A DNA stretch of 64,000 nucleotides, taken from NCBI GenBank assembly GCA_964016885.1, contig OZ024743.1, forward strand, positions 54,250,001 through 54,314,000, read 5' to 3'. The stretch is from Eledone cirrhosa. Taxonomy: Eukaryota. Of the stretch, positions 42,163-55,760 are shown one piece after another. The translations under genes were made by a program, and so were the position numbers. Below the pieces are notes generated by a model. The model ran no database searches. It was not told where the DNA came from and saw only the letters and a list, made by a program, of their open reading frames with translations. Positions within the stretch are counted from its first letter, which is position 1, and every line of letters begins with the position of its first letter.

Positions 42163-42267
42163 TGTCCCCCTTGCTTCTGCTGGACATCACCAGAGGGCGT
42201 TAGTCCCCCGGTGTTTGCATAGCTACGGCTTTCTAAAACCGTATTTCTTTGGAGATACGAAATATTT

Positions 42268-42313
<46 letters not shown>

Positions 42314-42566
42314 TTATATATATATTTATATATATATTTATATATATATTTATATATATATATAGGAGTGGGTGGGTAAATGTTTGTGTGTTTGTAGAAA
42401 ATTAATTATAACTAATGTTTTATCCAGTGTATTATTATGGTATGATATTTCAGGGCTGTTATACTCTTTTCAGATGCGGAGCTGAAACAGTCTAAGATAA
42501 AACAAACTAACGATTTGAGCTTTCTTTTGCAACAGAAGAAAGTTACAGAAAAAATCTAAAATCGTT

Positions 42567-42610
<44 letters not shown>

Positions 42611-43213
42611 GGAAGAATTCGGTTTTCTTTTTAACCTGGAGATGTATGGGTTCCACTAGAAATAATTGCCCAAGACACGGTGTATCTCACAGTATCTTAA
42701 CGACTCTAACAAGTGTTACGGACTTATAGATGTGAAAGGGTCGAACGTCAAAACCAGAAAGTTTACCATGGTGTCTCTGCATCATATCTTAATGATATTT
42801 GGTGAAACAAATTAATCCACAATCGACTAGCTGGGTTGCATTCACTGTTTTCAGTTACCCACATAATAAAACTGGAACAAGAAAAGTTAACGTCAACATT
42901 TGGAACAATATATTGTTTGTAAAATATCAGGGGTTAATTATTTATTAGTCATTGGCCATAAGCGATACGTTTTCAACCCTCTGGAAATATACACCAGATC
43001 TTGTGAATCTGTCTAATTAGATTAAGAAATTGGATGAAGTATGGAAAGGTCATGCCACAACAGCATACAGAATATGTCGTGTATGACAAAGTGTCCACCT
43101 CCTGAGGAATGAAAATTAGATGAATTATATTGCTTTGCAATGTTTGTATTTAAGATAACCATTTAAAAACTAAACCTGCTTATATTGGAGTAAATCCAAG
43201 AAGGTCACATCCA

Positions 43214-43267
<54 letters not shown>

Positions 43268-43531
43268 CGCCATCACCACCACCACCATCACCACTGCTAT
43301 TACTACTACTGTAAAATACCATTTGCAATTAGCTAAATTAAATGTATAATCTAGAAATGACTAGAATCTGCCATAGAAACTAGATAGCTGTATCAGATGT
43401 TATGATATAGATAGATTATTTTCCACACTTTATATCGTTTCTGTCTTTATCTGCCCACCCCTAGGTCATCATTCATTCTCCAACATTTAGAACATATAGA
43501 TGCACATAGAAACATACAAATACATACATAT

Positions 43532-43613
<82 letters not shown>

Positions 43614-43697
43614 ATATATACACGCGTAAAGAAGACCAATACTGCTCCAAAAGTCTACTCATCTTCAACAATTACCTTATTTATACATACACATCCA

Positions 43698-43740
<43 letters not shown>

Positions 43741-43756
43741 GACACTCACACACACA

Positions 43757-43853
<97 letters not shown>

Positions 43854-44565
43854 GATGCGCATAGAAACATAGAAATGTATAAATACACACATGTATATAT
43901 ATATAAACGGCAAGGCCATCGGAGCTTGCTCTCCTTATTTCTCTTCAATCATCGCCACTCGTCTGAGTTTAAGGCCCAACTCTCACGTCCATGCATTATC
44001 GCAGTTCTCATACATTTATTATATAATACGCTTTTCATCGTGAGGAAGAAGCCCTCTCTAACGAGCAGAGGTTGTGGCTCTCTAAACGTTTTCATCCAGT
44101 TCTCACTGTACGTTAAGAATATATATCTCTACTACTAATTAGATCCCGTAGGTAGTAGAAGCTATCAACCGCTTCTAGAGGGCAAACTAAGAATTTGATA
44201 ACACCTGATTCATGTGAGCGATTACTGCTTACTGTCCCTGTGCACGTAGTACATACATTATCTGTATTCCTTGTTAGCCTGCCTGAAATCCCACTACAAC
44301 TATTGTGTATCTATAATTTATATATTGTACACTGAACATAGCCACTTAATAGGCGGAATCAGGGCCCTGTCATCATTACAACTTACCAAGGACTTTAGTC
44401 TTGGCTAAGATAACTTCGAGGCCCTTCCGTTTCAGATTTTACTTCAAAGTCTGGAATTTTTTCTCTTGTTCCTTTGCTGATTTAGCAATGAGAAATAGTT
44501 TATTTGCATATAGGAGATCCTACTGAAAGAATGGTGGTGAATAAAGAGCCCTGATGGATCCTTAC

Positions 44566-44666
44566 CTTCGCCCCGTCGTTGATTTTGGCAACGCTGAAGT
44601 GTTGGAATTCACCGAAATAGGGTGATTCTTGACGAAAGGAGCTGAGATGGAGATCACTTTTCTTGT
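44566..44666 (-). CDS. Candidate 101-bp internal exon of an unknown host gene
   Basis: Acceptor TTTCTTCATTTTAG| and donor AAG|GTAAGG; two frames open; more GC-rich than flanks; no recognisable homology. Confidence 0.35.
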
Positions 44667-45655
44667 CTAAAATGAAGAAACTTTTCACGACCGCTTAATG
44701 AAAATTGAAGTGTATATCAAGATGAATTCTTCCATCCTTGTTGTCTACCTACCATCTAATCCACCAAGCATTATCGAATTGTTTCACTAATTATCATCAC
44801 CGTGTCTAGTAGTTATAATTGCCCTTGAGTTATGATAATTTGACGCCACAGGTATTTGATCGGTCTAGCAGGGTCTGGTGGTGAGTGTGGGTGGGTGGGA
44901 AACGAAATGAAAGAGGAGCTAACATGACGCACTTAAAAGAAATTTCTCCAATCTTCTACGTAATTCTACAAGATTCATTATTTCTTTGAATGCAATATCT
45001 CTATATACGTAATCGTGTTTGGTTTGGGGAAGAAGGCAAAAATAGTGTAGACAAGTCAAGGAACTTTAAAGATTACATACATGTTAAACACAGGCAGAAC
45101 TTCTGTAAAAATGAAGGAATGGAAGGCCAGTTTGTATAAACAAACTTGTATATACAGAGAGAATAAGAAAGGAGATGAGAAAATAGAAAGTGATAGCGAC
45201 AGAAAAGGAGAGTAGGATGGGTTAGCCAGGCGTATTTAAGAGATAAGTAGAATATTCTACACAATTCTACAAGGTCCATTATTTCGTTGAATGAAGTAAC
45301 TATATATAGCAATTATAGCGAACATATATACGATGTTTGGTTTGAAGAAGATGGCCAAAATATGTGTGTATGTAATGGATCTCCGTCGGTTTAAACGATG
45401 AGTATTATGTTTGGTCAAATTAATTTGATGTTAAATTTTGGAAGTGGATGAGAATTCCACAGGCATGTGTACATTTAAAGTAATCCATTAGTTACATGTG
45501 CAGCTCTACAAATGAGCTTCCACACAGTTTCCGACTACTCTCATGGTTTCTGTCTATGCGAAGCAATTGTAGTAAAAAAAAAAATACTTACTCAAAATTC
45601 CAGCTACTGTGATCGAACCTGATTTAGCCCTGTTACGCCCAGACTCCTCTTACTA

Positions 45656-45733
<78 letters not shown>

Positions 45734-46348
45734 GCTACTACTGCTGCTACTACTACTGCTGCTACTACTACTAAAACAACAACAACAACATTCAGAGGAA
45801 GAGCAGAGCAATAATAGCATCAACACCTTTTAGGTTTAAAGCTCTTATCAAACGGATGTTACGACTAACGCCCATTCAACAATAAGTGTTAAGTACCTCC
45901 AACACAATTCCTCTCTTTTCTTTGATTTCGAATGCAATCTTTGTTTTTTGTTGTTGCTCTCTCCATTCACTGTTTACAGTTCTGTCTAGATTTGAAAATC
46001 TGTTTTATATCGCTGTTAGCTCGGAGACATTTCTTGTACTATGTACCATTTTAGTTACAAAGGCCTTGTTTGCTTTTGTTTGTTCGTGATTTTTATGTTT
46101 TAATTCTTGCAGTCTCACTTCTAATCGCTTATAATATATGATGAGGTGAATCTGGTATATTTCAAGTTGACCTTTTTTTCTTTAAATTCTAAAATCTTTT
46201 ACTAGAATGCAGGCATGGCTGTGTGGCTAAAGAGTTCTCGTTGCAATCACATGGTTCAGAGCTCGGTTTGGCCAATGCTTTGTGGGAGGAAATTTGCAGA
46301 CGGAAACTGCAGAAGTGCGTAATCTTATCTCTTTCTCTTAATTTCGAG

Positions 46349-46836
46349 TTTTTTTTTTGACCGGCTACCTTCCTGGTGGCAAGGTTGTAAAAGAAAAGAA
46401 TTTGTCATCCCTTGAATCGCAAGAATGTTTTGCAAATTTTGAAGGTGCCAGCTAACGCAGCCATTTGTAGACTATGAATTAGGGAGCTGCGGTCTTTGTC
46501 CGCAAATCCAAGTTCAGTCATACTTTGGTCCAAGCGGGTTGGTATATAACCCGTAGCTCCAATAATGATGGGTAAGAAGCTAAAGGTGTATCTTTGATAC
46601 TGGATTTGTAAACTCCTCATCAATGGTCTGTAGATGTCCTCCTTCTCCTGTATTTTTCTGACAACGTTTACATCAAGTGGGAAGCTGATCCCCACAACAG
46701 GACACGTTTTCAATGTGTGGTCCCAAACAACAATATCAGGCCGGTTGTGCTTTAATTTGGTGGCAGTTTTTATTTTCAGGTTCCACCAGTATTCCTTAGT
46801 GCCATCTGTCTCAATATATACTTCCTCGTTTGTTGT
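46349..46836 (-). mobile_element. 5'-truncated RLE-type non-LTR retrotransposon (R4/Dong-like C-terminus) with short 3'UTR and A tail
   Basis: YWWNLKIKT..HNRPDIVVWD..ISFPLD..EKEDIYRPL..LPIIIGATG; T run at ~46349-46358. Confidence 0.8.
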
Positions 46837-46859
46837 TAATTTGTATGTATGCATGTGTG

Positions 46860-46924
<65 letters not shown>

Positions 46925-47463
46925 AATTACAAAATATGAGGAAATAATAGACAAAAATGTACCTATTATTTTCTTCAAAATCCCGACTGTAGTTTCGCCG
47001 ATCAGTGTGCATCGATTCTGCACTATAAAAATGCATCATCGCTGTGAAGTTGATACAACTTATCAAGAGATCCCTCAGAAAAAAGGACGGTTTCTTGACA
47101 CATTCGTAGCAAGTGAGAATTTCTGGAGAGGCGGAGAGAGAAATTAACACGTGATATAGTGATCACAGAAGGGTATTCAGGGATGTGTCGTCAAATTGTT
47201 GACCTTGGGAAGGAATGAAATAAGTTAATAGAAGTTATTTGGGGCATTAGTCCGGAAACAAGAATTAACAACCAGAAGTAGCGGGATCGACTGAATAGGT
47301 CGGTGATCAGATCGCAATAAGGGGAGACAAAAGCTTGAACGGAAGTGTTCCTTATAGCAGTATTAAGAACCAATTTACCTCGAAATTGAAAACTATACTA
47401 CCACCTCCACCACAAATTCTACCACAGCTACTACTACCAACACCATATATATAGACAGGTAAT

Positions 47464-47516
<53 letters not shown>

Positions 47517-47639
47517 AGATGAAACAATAACTAAAACTTCAATGTGACTGCCACTATCTCTTCAGTAAATATATCTTACACTCGACTTACTTGTATTGAG
47601 TGCTCATTCAATTAATGTTTAAACATTTTAAAGTATATT

Positions 47640-47685
<46 letters not shown>

Positions 47686-47686
47686 T

Positions 47687-47728
<42 letters not shown>

Positions 47729-49759
47729 CCGTCTCGTATTATAATCTACAAAACGAGATTGATAAAATAAGTGCCAGACTTTACAAAATAAGTACTGGTA
47801 TTAATATGAGAAACTAAATCACTGCGATGCATCTGCATGGCCGCTGTCTAATGACAGAAACCAGCAAAATCAGTTTAAAAAAAAACATGCTTCTTATTCA
47901 ACCTCTCATATGTAATGCGGTTGATCTGGTTTATATCACGCTGACCTTTTTCTTTAAAGTATCAAAACTTTTACAGAAGAGATAACGAAAAGAAATATAT
48001 AAAAGAAAAGAAAAAAAAATGATCCGATCGTTAGATCGGTCCAAAGTATTTGAATTGGGGACACTTTCTGCCGGTTGCAACACCTGATTGATAACACAAA
48101 CCCGGATGAGATATCGCTAACAATTCCATCCGACTCTTTGCCTATCCTGCTAATCCATGGCCCCACTGGAATAGCAATTAATTTGTCTTCCCCGAAAGTA
48201 TAAAAGCAGATTTGACTTCGGTGTGATTTGAACTCGGAACGCAGTGAGCCGAGGTATTTTTAAACCGTGGCCCCAGCGACTTTTGTATATTTATCTATTC
48301 ACCGTCTACGAATAAAGATACTAGTTTTATTGTTGCTTAATCATATTATTTTCTTACCTATACATGTATTATACTGTTATACGGTAGATAATGCTCTTTG
48401 GGTTGTAAATTACTGCTAACAACCTTTTATCTCAAATTATTCATAGTAATACGAATTAGTACACAATCGGGTATTCAATTTTCTTTCTCTTCTAAATGTT
48501 TAATTTGCGATTGCATCTACAATTAGTTTTACAAGAAAGATGTAGTAGTGTATTCTTCATTCAGTTTAAGATTAGTTTTCAATATGATTTAATGTAATTG
48601 ATACGAGTTCTACCTGTTACAAATCTCAATATCTAACCTAATTGCTCGTAACCAAATAGTTATGAGCAATTAAGAAGGTCGTTGCGGAGAGACAAATTAA
48701 AACTTTGTCTTCACAATCTATTTGTCTTTTCTCTGGAGATTCTGCTACTGTTAGTACTAAATCTTTCTTACGTGTAAAACGATTATATTATCAGAATATA
48801 CTTGTCGCCTCTTTGTTTACACTTTGTCCATCTACCCTTTCTTTAAAAATCTGATTGAAAATATTTGGGTCTTTGTGCCATATTTCTAATGAAATATACT
48901 TCTTAAGATGTTTAACTAATTTTGAAAATAATCAAGAACTTGAAGAGAATATTCATATAAAAAAAATTAGTTTATAAAGTTACTGTTTGAAACGTAATAT
49001 AACAATGATAATCACATAAAACTTTGATGGAAAGTGTTTAGTTAAATATAATCCCGCTAAATCTTCTATGGCTATATTTCTAATGAAAGACATTGCCTGA
49101 GATTTTGAAGTACTTTTTTTAAATAATCAAGAATTTAGAACGATTTAGTAACATAAATAACTATCGAATTATTAAAGTGAGGCTTGGAACACTACTTAAC
49201 AAAAGTTCTTACGTAAAAGTATGAAGAACTCTTAGACACTTTTGAAATAAACAACTTCGTATCATTGACCCAATAGTGGTTTTAGACTGTTTGGCACCAA
49301 AAGAGTTAACAGGCAATTTCAGTTTTCCACATGAATCTTGTGATTGTTTCCTTGTTATTTAATCAAATCAGTGGGAAGAATTACTACTAACTCACAGAGA
49401 CACCATGGATCTAGTGTCACTAATCTTTTATTTAATATTAAATAATATCGTGTTACAATGAAAGGCAATCTCAGAAACACGGATTAACTGACTAGTGATA
49501 ATGTTTCTCTCTATCATATCTATTTTCCTTTTTTACAATAGATTTTCATACACAGAAATATTTATTAGAACAAATAAAATTTCTTTATTCGCTTCCTGGT
49601 TTAATACTGTCCTTTTATGTCTCCTTTCGAGGGTCTGTTTTAAACAAATTAATAGAGAATATTTGTTTGCTTCATTTCAGTCAGTCTGACACGGACACTA
49701 ACAACATAGGGCCACGTAAATTCCTCTCCGACAATCTCCGAGATTCCTTCCGACACCTC

Positions 49760-49796
49760 CTTTCTGATGATGGATCTGAAATCCGAAATATAGGGA
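49760..49796 (+). ncRNA. Minimal hammerhead motif
   Basis: CTTT CTGATGA T GGAT-CTGAA-ATCC GAAA TATA GGGA; stem I is G:U-rich. Confidence 0.6.
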
Positions 49797-50053
49797 CTAA
49801 CAAATCGATTCCAAGGAGACTTCATCTCAGGTTTTTATTTTCATTTTCTTTTTCCTATTTCCTTCCTCTTCTCACTTATCCACATTTTTCCTACCACCAC
49901 CTAATGTTGCTGCCCGGAGATTTATCCCTCAACATTGTAGAAGTTTCCGAAAACGACCATTTTAAAACAAATTAATCTCTTTTTAGAATATTTCACTAAG
50001 GATACATTTCAATTGTTTGTACTCTTCACATTCTCAGCTATTGGTAGACTTAC

Positions 50054-50232
50054 TGTCTTTGAAAGTATCTTTATATTGATGCGAGATAACATAACAGTCG
50101 GTGTAAAGTCTGTTGTGACACGTAATGTCAAATTTAATGCCGGAAAGCCTGTTTCAAGAGAATGATCCGGCATTGTTGTTGTTTTTTGTTGATGGTCGAC
50201 ATGGCTACGAGGTAACATAGTAGCAGGACTGT
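50054..50232 (-). CDS. Candidate 179-bp exon or pseudo-exon, Thr/Ser-rich
   Basis: Acceptor TCCTTCTACAG|, donor ACA|GTAAGT, open frame SPATMLPRSH..RVTTDFTPTVMLSRINIKILSKT. Confidence 0.3.
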
Positions 50233-50360
50233 CTGTAGAAGGACATGAGATAGCGTAGTAGCAGAATTGCCTGTTGTGACACGTGTTGCCTGCATGAGTG
50301 ATCTAGGAGAATGTTCCCTTAGTGTGGTTATTTGTAAATGTTTCACTCTTTTGGACAAAG

Positions 50361-50457
50361 GTTAACTTTGCCTTTCATTTTTCCGGGGTCGATAAAATAA
50401 AGTACCAGTAATGCACTGGATAATTGCTGGCCTTGTGCCAAAAGTAGAAACAATTAT
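50361..50457 (+). mobile_element. MetaSINE-like 3' half
   Basis: Core motif. Confidence 0.8.
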
Positions 50458-50513
50458 TGTTTTTAATAAGATGCCTGTTATATTTACATTCAAGAAACGG
50501 TGTATGTAAGCAT

Positions 50514-50770
50514 AAACGTTACATGCCGTAATTTTTTCGTTCAACAAACGTTACATATTGGCGTAACTATTTTACGTTCAACAAACGTTACATTTGGCAT
50601 AATTGTTTTACCTTCAACAAACGTTACATTTTGGCGTAACTGATTTACGTTCAACAAACGTTACGTATTAGCGTACTGTTTTAGGTTCAACAAATATTAC
50701 ATGTTGACGAAACTGTTTTACGTTCAAGAAATGTTATACGTTGGCGTAATTGTTTTACGTTCAACAAACT
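50514..50770. repeat. ~32-33-bp minisatellite, about 8 copies
   Basis: Unit approximately AAACGTTACATATTGGCGTAACTGTTTTACGTTCAAC. Confidence 0.9.
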
Positions 50771-53354
50771 CATTTGGAATACAGGCATACAATTAACTGA
50801 AATAAAACATTCTTCTCTATGAAAACAATGTAATGATTGCATTGGACATATGAAAACGTTAAATTTCATCAATTGAAACAGACAGTATCTCTTCGTTTAC
50901 CACACAAATATCTGCCGGACTACAAAATTTCACATGTAAGTTGGCACAGTACTGTATCAAATTCCGGGCAGAATCCACTGGTCACGGATTAATAATATAT
51001 CCATAACCAGCAAATTCCAGACAAAGGAATTCTCATCGGCTAACAGTCCTATGAGCGATTTCCGAAAATCTATCTTACTACTAAACTTTCTAGGCAATGC
51101 TGGTATCCCACGTATGGCATTAACTGCTATTTGGTCAGCAAATGACAGCAGCAGTGGCAGACTTGCTGCGGTTGGCGGCAATGCTTAATATAACAGCATG
51201 ATTTCCCTAATATGAAGCACTCGATCATAATTAAAGAAAAGAATTTAGGAGTTAATTATAATAATAAGCTTGATAATCAGTGATTTTGATTTCGTTGTTT
51301 ACAATTTTCTCAACAAATTCATTTGGGGCGCACGCATAGGATTACTCGTAATCCAACATTCCCGGCCAGAAGCCTAAGCTATGAAAACAGTGTAATTATT
51401 GTATCGACAGATTAACATATGAAAACGTCGAATTATTCACAATTTCATCAATTGAAACAGCCAGTATCTTCCTAGTTTAGCACACAAAAATCCGCCGGAT
51501 AATGAGGAGGAGGAGAGGGAGATGGGGGTTCGAGAAAGCGAGTACACTAATGTATACAAAAGTAGTACTGGGCAATAAATATATTTAATATACTCGTTCA
51601 GTCATCTTTCCTCTAGACAAACAGACACACTGAAAATAAACACACACAAGCTGAAAGAGTTCTTCATATAAATAAACAGATATTAAACTCTATTGACGCT
51701 ATATACAGCCATAAATCTGAGTAGTTTTTTTCTAATAAAAACACGCGTCAACCGGTGCAATGAGTACTTCTTGGTTAGATGCCGTCTATATCTTAGTAAC
51801 AAATACACGGAGGCATACATATACACCTACAGTCACACACATGCACACTCACGTACACAAATGCGTACAGACTCACACACACACACACATACACACATAT
51901 GCACACACACACATCAGTATACATATACATATACAATCATCGCAAGGCACACACAAACGCACATACATCGGCACGAATAACCACACCCATACACCATAGG
52001 CACACACTGACGCACATATACATATACACATGAATACACAAGCACTGACAGGAACATATATAAACACACAAACACACTCAAACACCCACAGGTACATATA
52101 AAAACACACAGACACACTCAACTACAAACAGATACATTACATGCCCACAAGCACCAAAAAAACACACACGTGACACACAGAAGTACATATATAAACACAC
52201 AGACACACTCAAACACACACAGATACATGCATGCCCATACATTTAATACCTGCACACAGATACTGAATCTTACGTATACTCCACAAGTATTCATGAGTAC
52301 GCGCATGCATACACACCACCTACGCATACCACACGGGTACACACATATACACAGGTACATACAGCACCCAACTAACGATCATAAAATATCAGAAGAGGAA
52401 AAGCCTGAACTGCCACCCGCCATTCCGATTATTAGATTATCTGAACAAAGAAATGATTAAACAAATTTATTGCAACAAAATGAGCAAATATTTTGTTGAA
52501 ATGATAAATTATGATTTCTGATTTAGGCACCAGGCCAAACATTTTAGGGGAAAGGGAAAGCTGATTAAGTCGACGGCAAAGCTAACCTCGGCGGGAATTG
52601 AACTTAAAATGCCGCGAATTATTGGTATGCGATACTTTACCAATACAGCCAATCCTTAAAAGGAAATGCTAGATTATAGACGGTTATAAAATCTATCTTG
52701 AAAGGCTAAATGTCCAGTAAAGTTAAGTAATGGAATGAATCTCCGTCGGTTTCGACAATGAGTATCACAGTTGTTCGATCGACGGTACAACTTCGCCTGA
52801 AATTATTATGTAACTAATTGAGCATTCCACTGACACGTGTAACCTTAACGTAATTCCCAGGGAGATTCAGAGTGACAGGGCTGTCCCTTTGAATTACAGA
52901 TACTGTCAATCCTACGAGCTTCTAGATAGTTTCCGTGTACCCAATTTCGTTCGCCCCGCTTGGGCCAGCCCGTGATTATAGTAAAAGGTTCTTGCCCAAG
53001 ATGTCATGCAGTGGGATTGAACCCGGGATCTAATGATTGTGAAGCGAACTTCATAACCATTCAGTAATGCTCCGTGTCCATGAAGTTAAATAAGAGTTAT
53101 TTACTTTGTACATTGATCGCCCCATACAAATATATTGTCTAACAGCTGCTACACTATCTGATACGTCAACTGTTCAAATAATAAACAAACCAGATTTATT
53201 TACAACTTGAGCTGTTACGTGTTAACACAAATGACTATAATAATAATCGACCATTATAATAATAATTGAGAAAATACATTTAACATTTAAAAATTTCCTA
53301 ATGTTTCTTAAGTCAATCGAATTGTTATACTGATTTACATTTTTATGTGATATA

Positions 53355-53805
53355 ATAATGTTTTCTGATATAAGCACAAGACCAACAAATATGGGTTGGA
53401 AAAGTCGATTAAATCATCGACCCCAGTGCATTACTGGTGCTTTTGTCTATCGACCCCATAAAGATGATAGGCAACGCAAACCTCAGCGGGATTTAAACTC
53501 AGAACATAAAGGGCCGTAACTCTATGCCATAAAGCATATTGTACGGCGCTCTACCGATACTTACAATCCACTCCCCTACTGTGATACAATAATGGTTTCT
53601 CATATAGGCGCAAGGCCAGCAATTTGGGGAAAGTCGATTAAATCAACCCCAGTGCGTGACTGGTACTTTATTTTATCGACCCCGAAAGGATGAAAGGCAA
53701 AGTTAACCTCGGCGGGATTTGAACTCAGAACGTAAAGAGTCGTAACTCTATGCCGTAAAGCATATTGTCCTACCCTCTACCAATACTGCCAATCCACCGC
53801 CCTAA
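53355..53805 (-). mobile_element. Two adjacent MetaSINE-like SINEs
   Basis: Second copy flanked by TSD TGTGATACAATAATG (53580-53594, 53806-53820). Confidence 0.87.
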
Positions 53806-54186
53806 TGTGATACAATAATGAAAGCATTTTTTAATTTAAATAATAATCAAGAAAAAAGTAAAAAAGGTGGGGAAGAAAAATCAAATAACAAAAAAGGGAA
53901 ATGTAGGAAATGAGAGCGAACTAACTCTACACCCTTGGCTGGCCGTACAGTGAGATTGACCACATGGTCCCTCGACTTGTTGGAAATAACCACCAAGCCC
54001 CTCTCATAATTAGTCTATATAATCTTGGATCATGTATAGCCCTAACAACATGTGAGCAGCTACGAAGATCTGCTAACAACTAAAGAACAGAAAAATGAGA
54101 TGATTCGTTGATGTGAGAAGTCCTAAGGAATTGGTTAAGACAACTCCAAGGAACAGTTTAGTTCAAAGATGTAAGAAGTAAATAAT

Positions 54187-54370
54187 TGTTTCTACTTTAG
54201 GCACAAGGCCAGCAATTATCCAGTGCATTACTGGTACTTTATTTTATCGACCCCGTAAGGATGAAAGGCAAAGTCAACCTCGGCGGGATTTGAACTCAGA
54301 TCGTAAAGGGACGTAACTATGCTGGAAAGCATGGCGTCCGACCCTCTACCGATACTGCCAATCCACCGCC
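54187..54370 (-). mobile_element. Young full-length MetaSINE-like SINE with 16-bp TSD
   Basis: TSD GTAAGAAGTAAATAAT at 54171-54186 and 54371-54386. Confidence 0.9.
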
Positions 54371-54825
54371 GTAAGAAGTAAATAATAGGCAGTTAATCAG
54401 GAAATGGATGGGGAAAGACGTCGTGGCTCGCTCGCTCGCGATAAGGATCAATAGATAGTAGTGGTATACTGCGTTACCATGGAGTGTTACGTGGTGCGGT
54501 AACGGCGAACTTCCGGCAAAGCCACCATCTATATCTGACACACTAAACCACGCGAAGAAATGTTGAGCTCTCTTGTTGGTCCTTCCTATTGGGTAAACAT
54601 GATATTTCTGAGTGCTCTATGTTGTTTGTGCAACGATGTGTTTTGTTTACCATGCCTTCAAAATGTTCTATGTATATGCTATTAAATTGTGCACTAAACA
54701 CCCGAAGTGTATGATAAATTTATATCGGTACCTATACAATACAGTGTTAGTCAAGATTGAGCAAATATTGATATAAATATAAAAATGATGACTATTCTTA
54801 CTCGATTTTCTACCCTTATTGTATA

Positions 54826-54983
54826 CCGTATTTCCCGGCGTTGAAGACGCTACTTTTTTCCTAAAATAAGTCTCAATGAGCCCTGGAGGCCGAAGGTTCT
54901 TTATTATTTGTTTCCAAATTTTTGGATATCAAAATTAGGCTACGTCCTCGAGGACGAAGCGTCTTCGGCGCTGGGAAATACGG
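54826..54983. mobile_element. pogo/Tigger-like MITE
   Basis: TA|CCGTATTTCCCGGCGTTGAAGACGCT ... AGCGTCTTCGGCGCTGGGAAATACGG|TA. Confidence 0.8.
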
Positions 54984-55239
54984 TATTTCATAAGTGAATT
55001 TCTACACCAGATAATCACAAGGAAATACACAATTGAAGGCCCTATAAACTTTACCAAATGCAATAGTATTGCTGAAATGGCAGTACTAATTTTATTAGAT
55101 ATGTCATGTGTAATTCTTGTATATTTATCTTTTGTGTGTATGTATATGTAGCATGATTCTTGTATATACAAATGACTAACGCTAGATTATAATGCCACAT
55201 ACATATTTGTCTATAGATGATACACACAGATCAGAGAGT

Positions 55240-55760
55240 AGAAGCTTCTACGTGGTTGTTTGACCTGGTAAAAATAAACGTTAAACATTCTCCAAAATCA
55301 TATACAAACCAACATCAACGAGCTTCTATGTAATTGTTTGACCTGTTAAATATAACAACTAAATATTCTTTCGAACCACACACAGACCAAAACAAAGGAT
55401 CGTACCCACGCTCGTTTGGCGCGATACACAACAGGAAATTTTCTTTTAAAACATATACTGAGTAAACGAAGCTTCAATGCGGTGGTTTTTCTCTTGATAA
55501 AGTTAGCAACCAAATTGCCACTCAAAACGAACGGTCTTATACACAGTCACTTGACGTGGTAAAAATAACAGCCAAATTTTTCCCTTGAACCACATACAAT
55601 CTAGAACAAAGGAAATTCTCTACGGACGTTGGACCTGATGAAAATATCAATCAAGTTTCCTTTCAAACCACAGACAGATCAGGACAGTATAGATACTGCG
55701 CAGTCGCACGACCAGCTAAAAAAAAATCAACAACCATATTTTCACTCAACTCACACCGTT
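55240..55760. repeat. Highly diverged ~70-80-bp tandem array (about 7 units)
   Basis: Recurrent GAGCTTCTA..TTGACCTG.TAAAAATAACA..CAAAT..AACCACA. Confidence 0.6.

Larger units (their letters stand above)
41345..42273. mobile_element. Non-LTR retrozyme-like array: 323-bp HHR-bearing unit, an inverted ~1.2-unit block joined to a forward ~1.5-unit block, inside (TA)n
   Basis: 41345-41762 is the reverse complement of the unit repeated at 41762-42273; each unit carries one minimal HHR; no ORF. Confidence 0.8.

Noticed and set aside
50514-50770. CRISPR-like array
   Set aside because: Head-to-tail units with no unique spacers, eukaryotic context and no cas genes.
55630-55670. CTGATGAAAA as a hammerhead
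   Set aside because: Part of the diverged tandem array; no downstream GAAA with stems.
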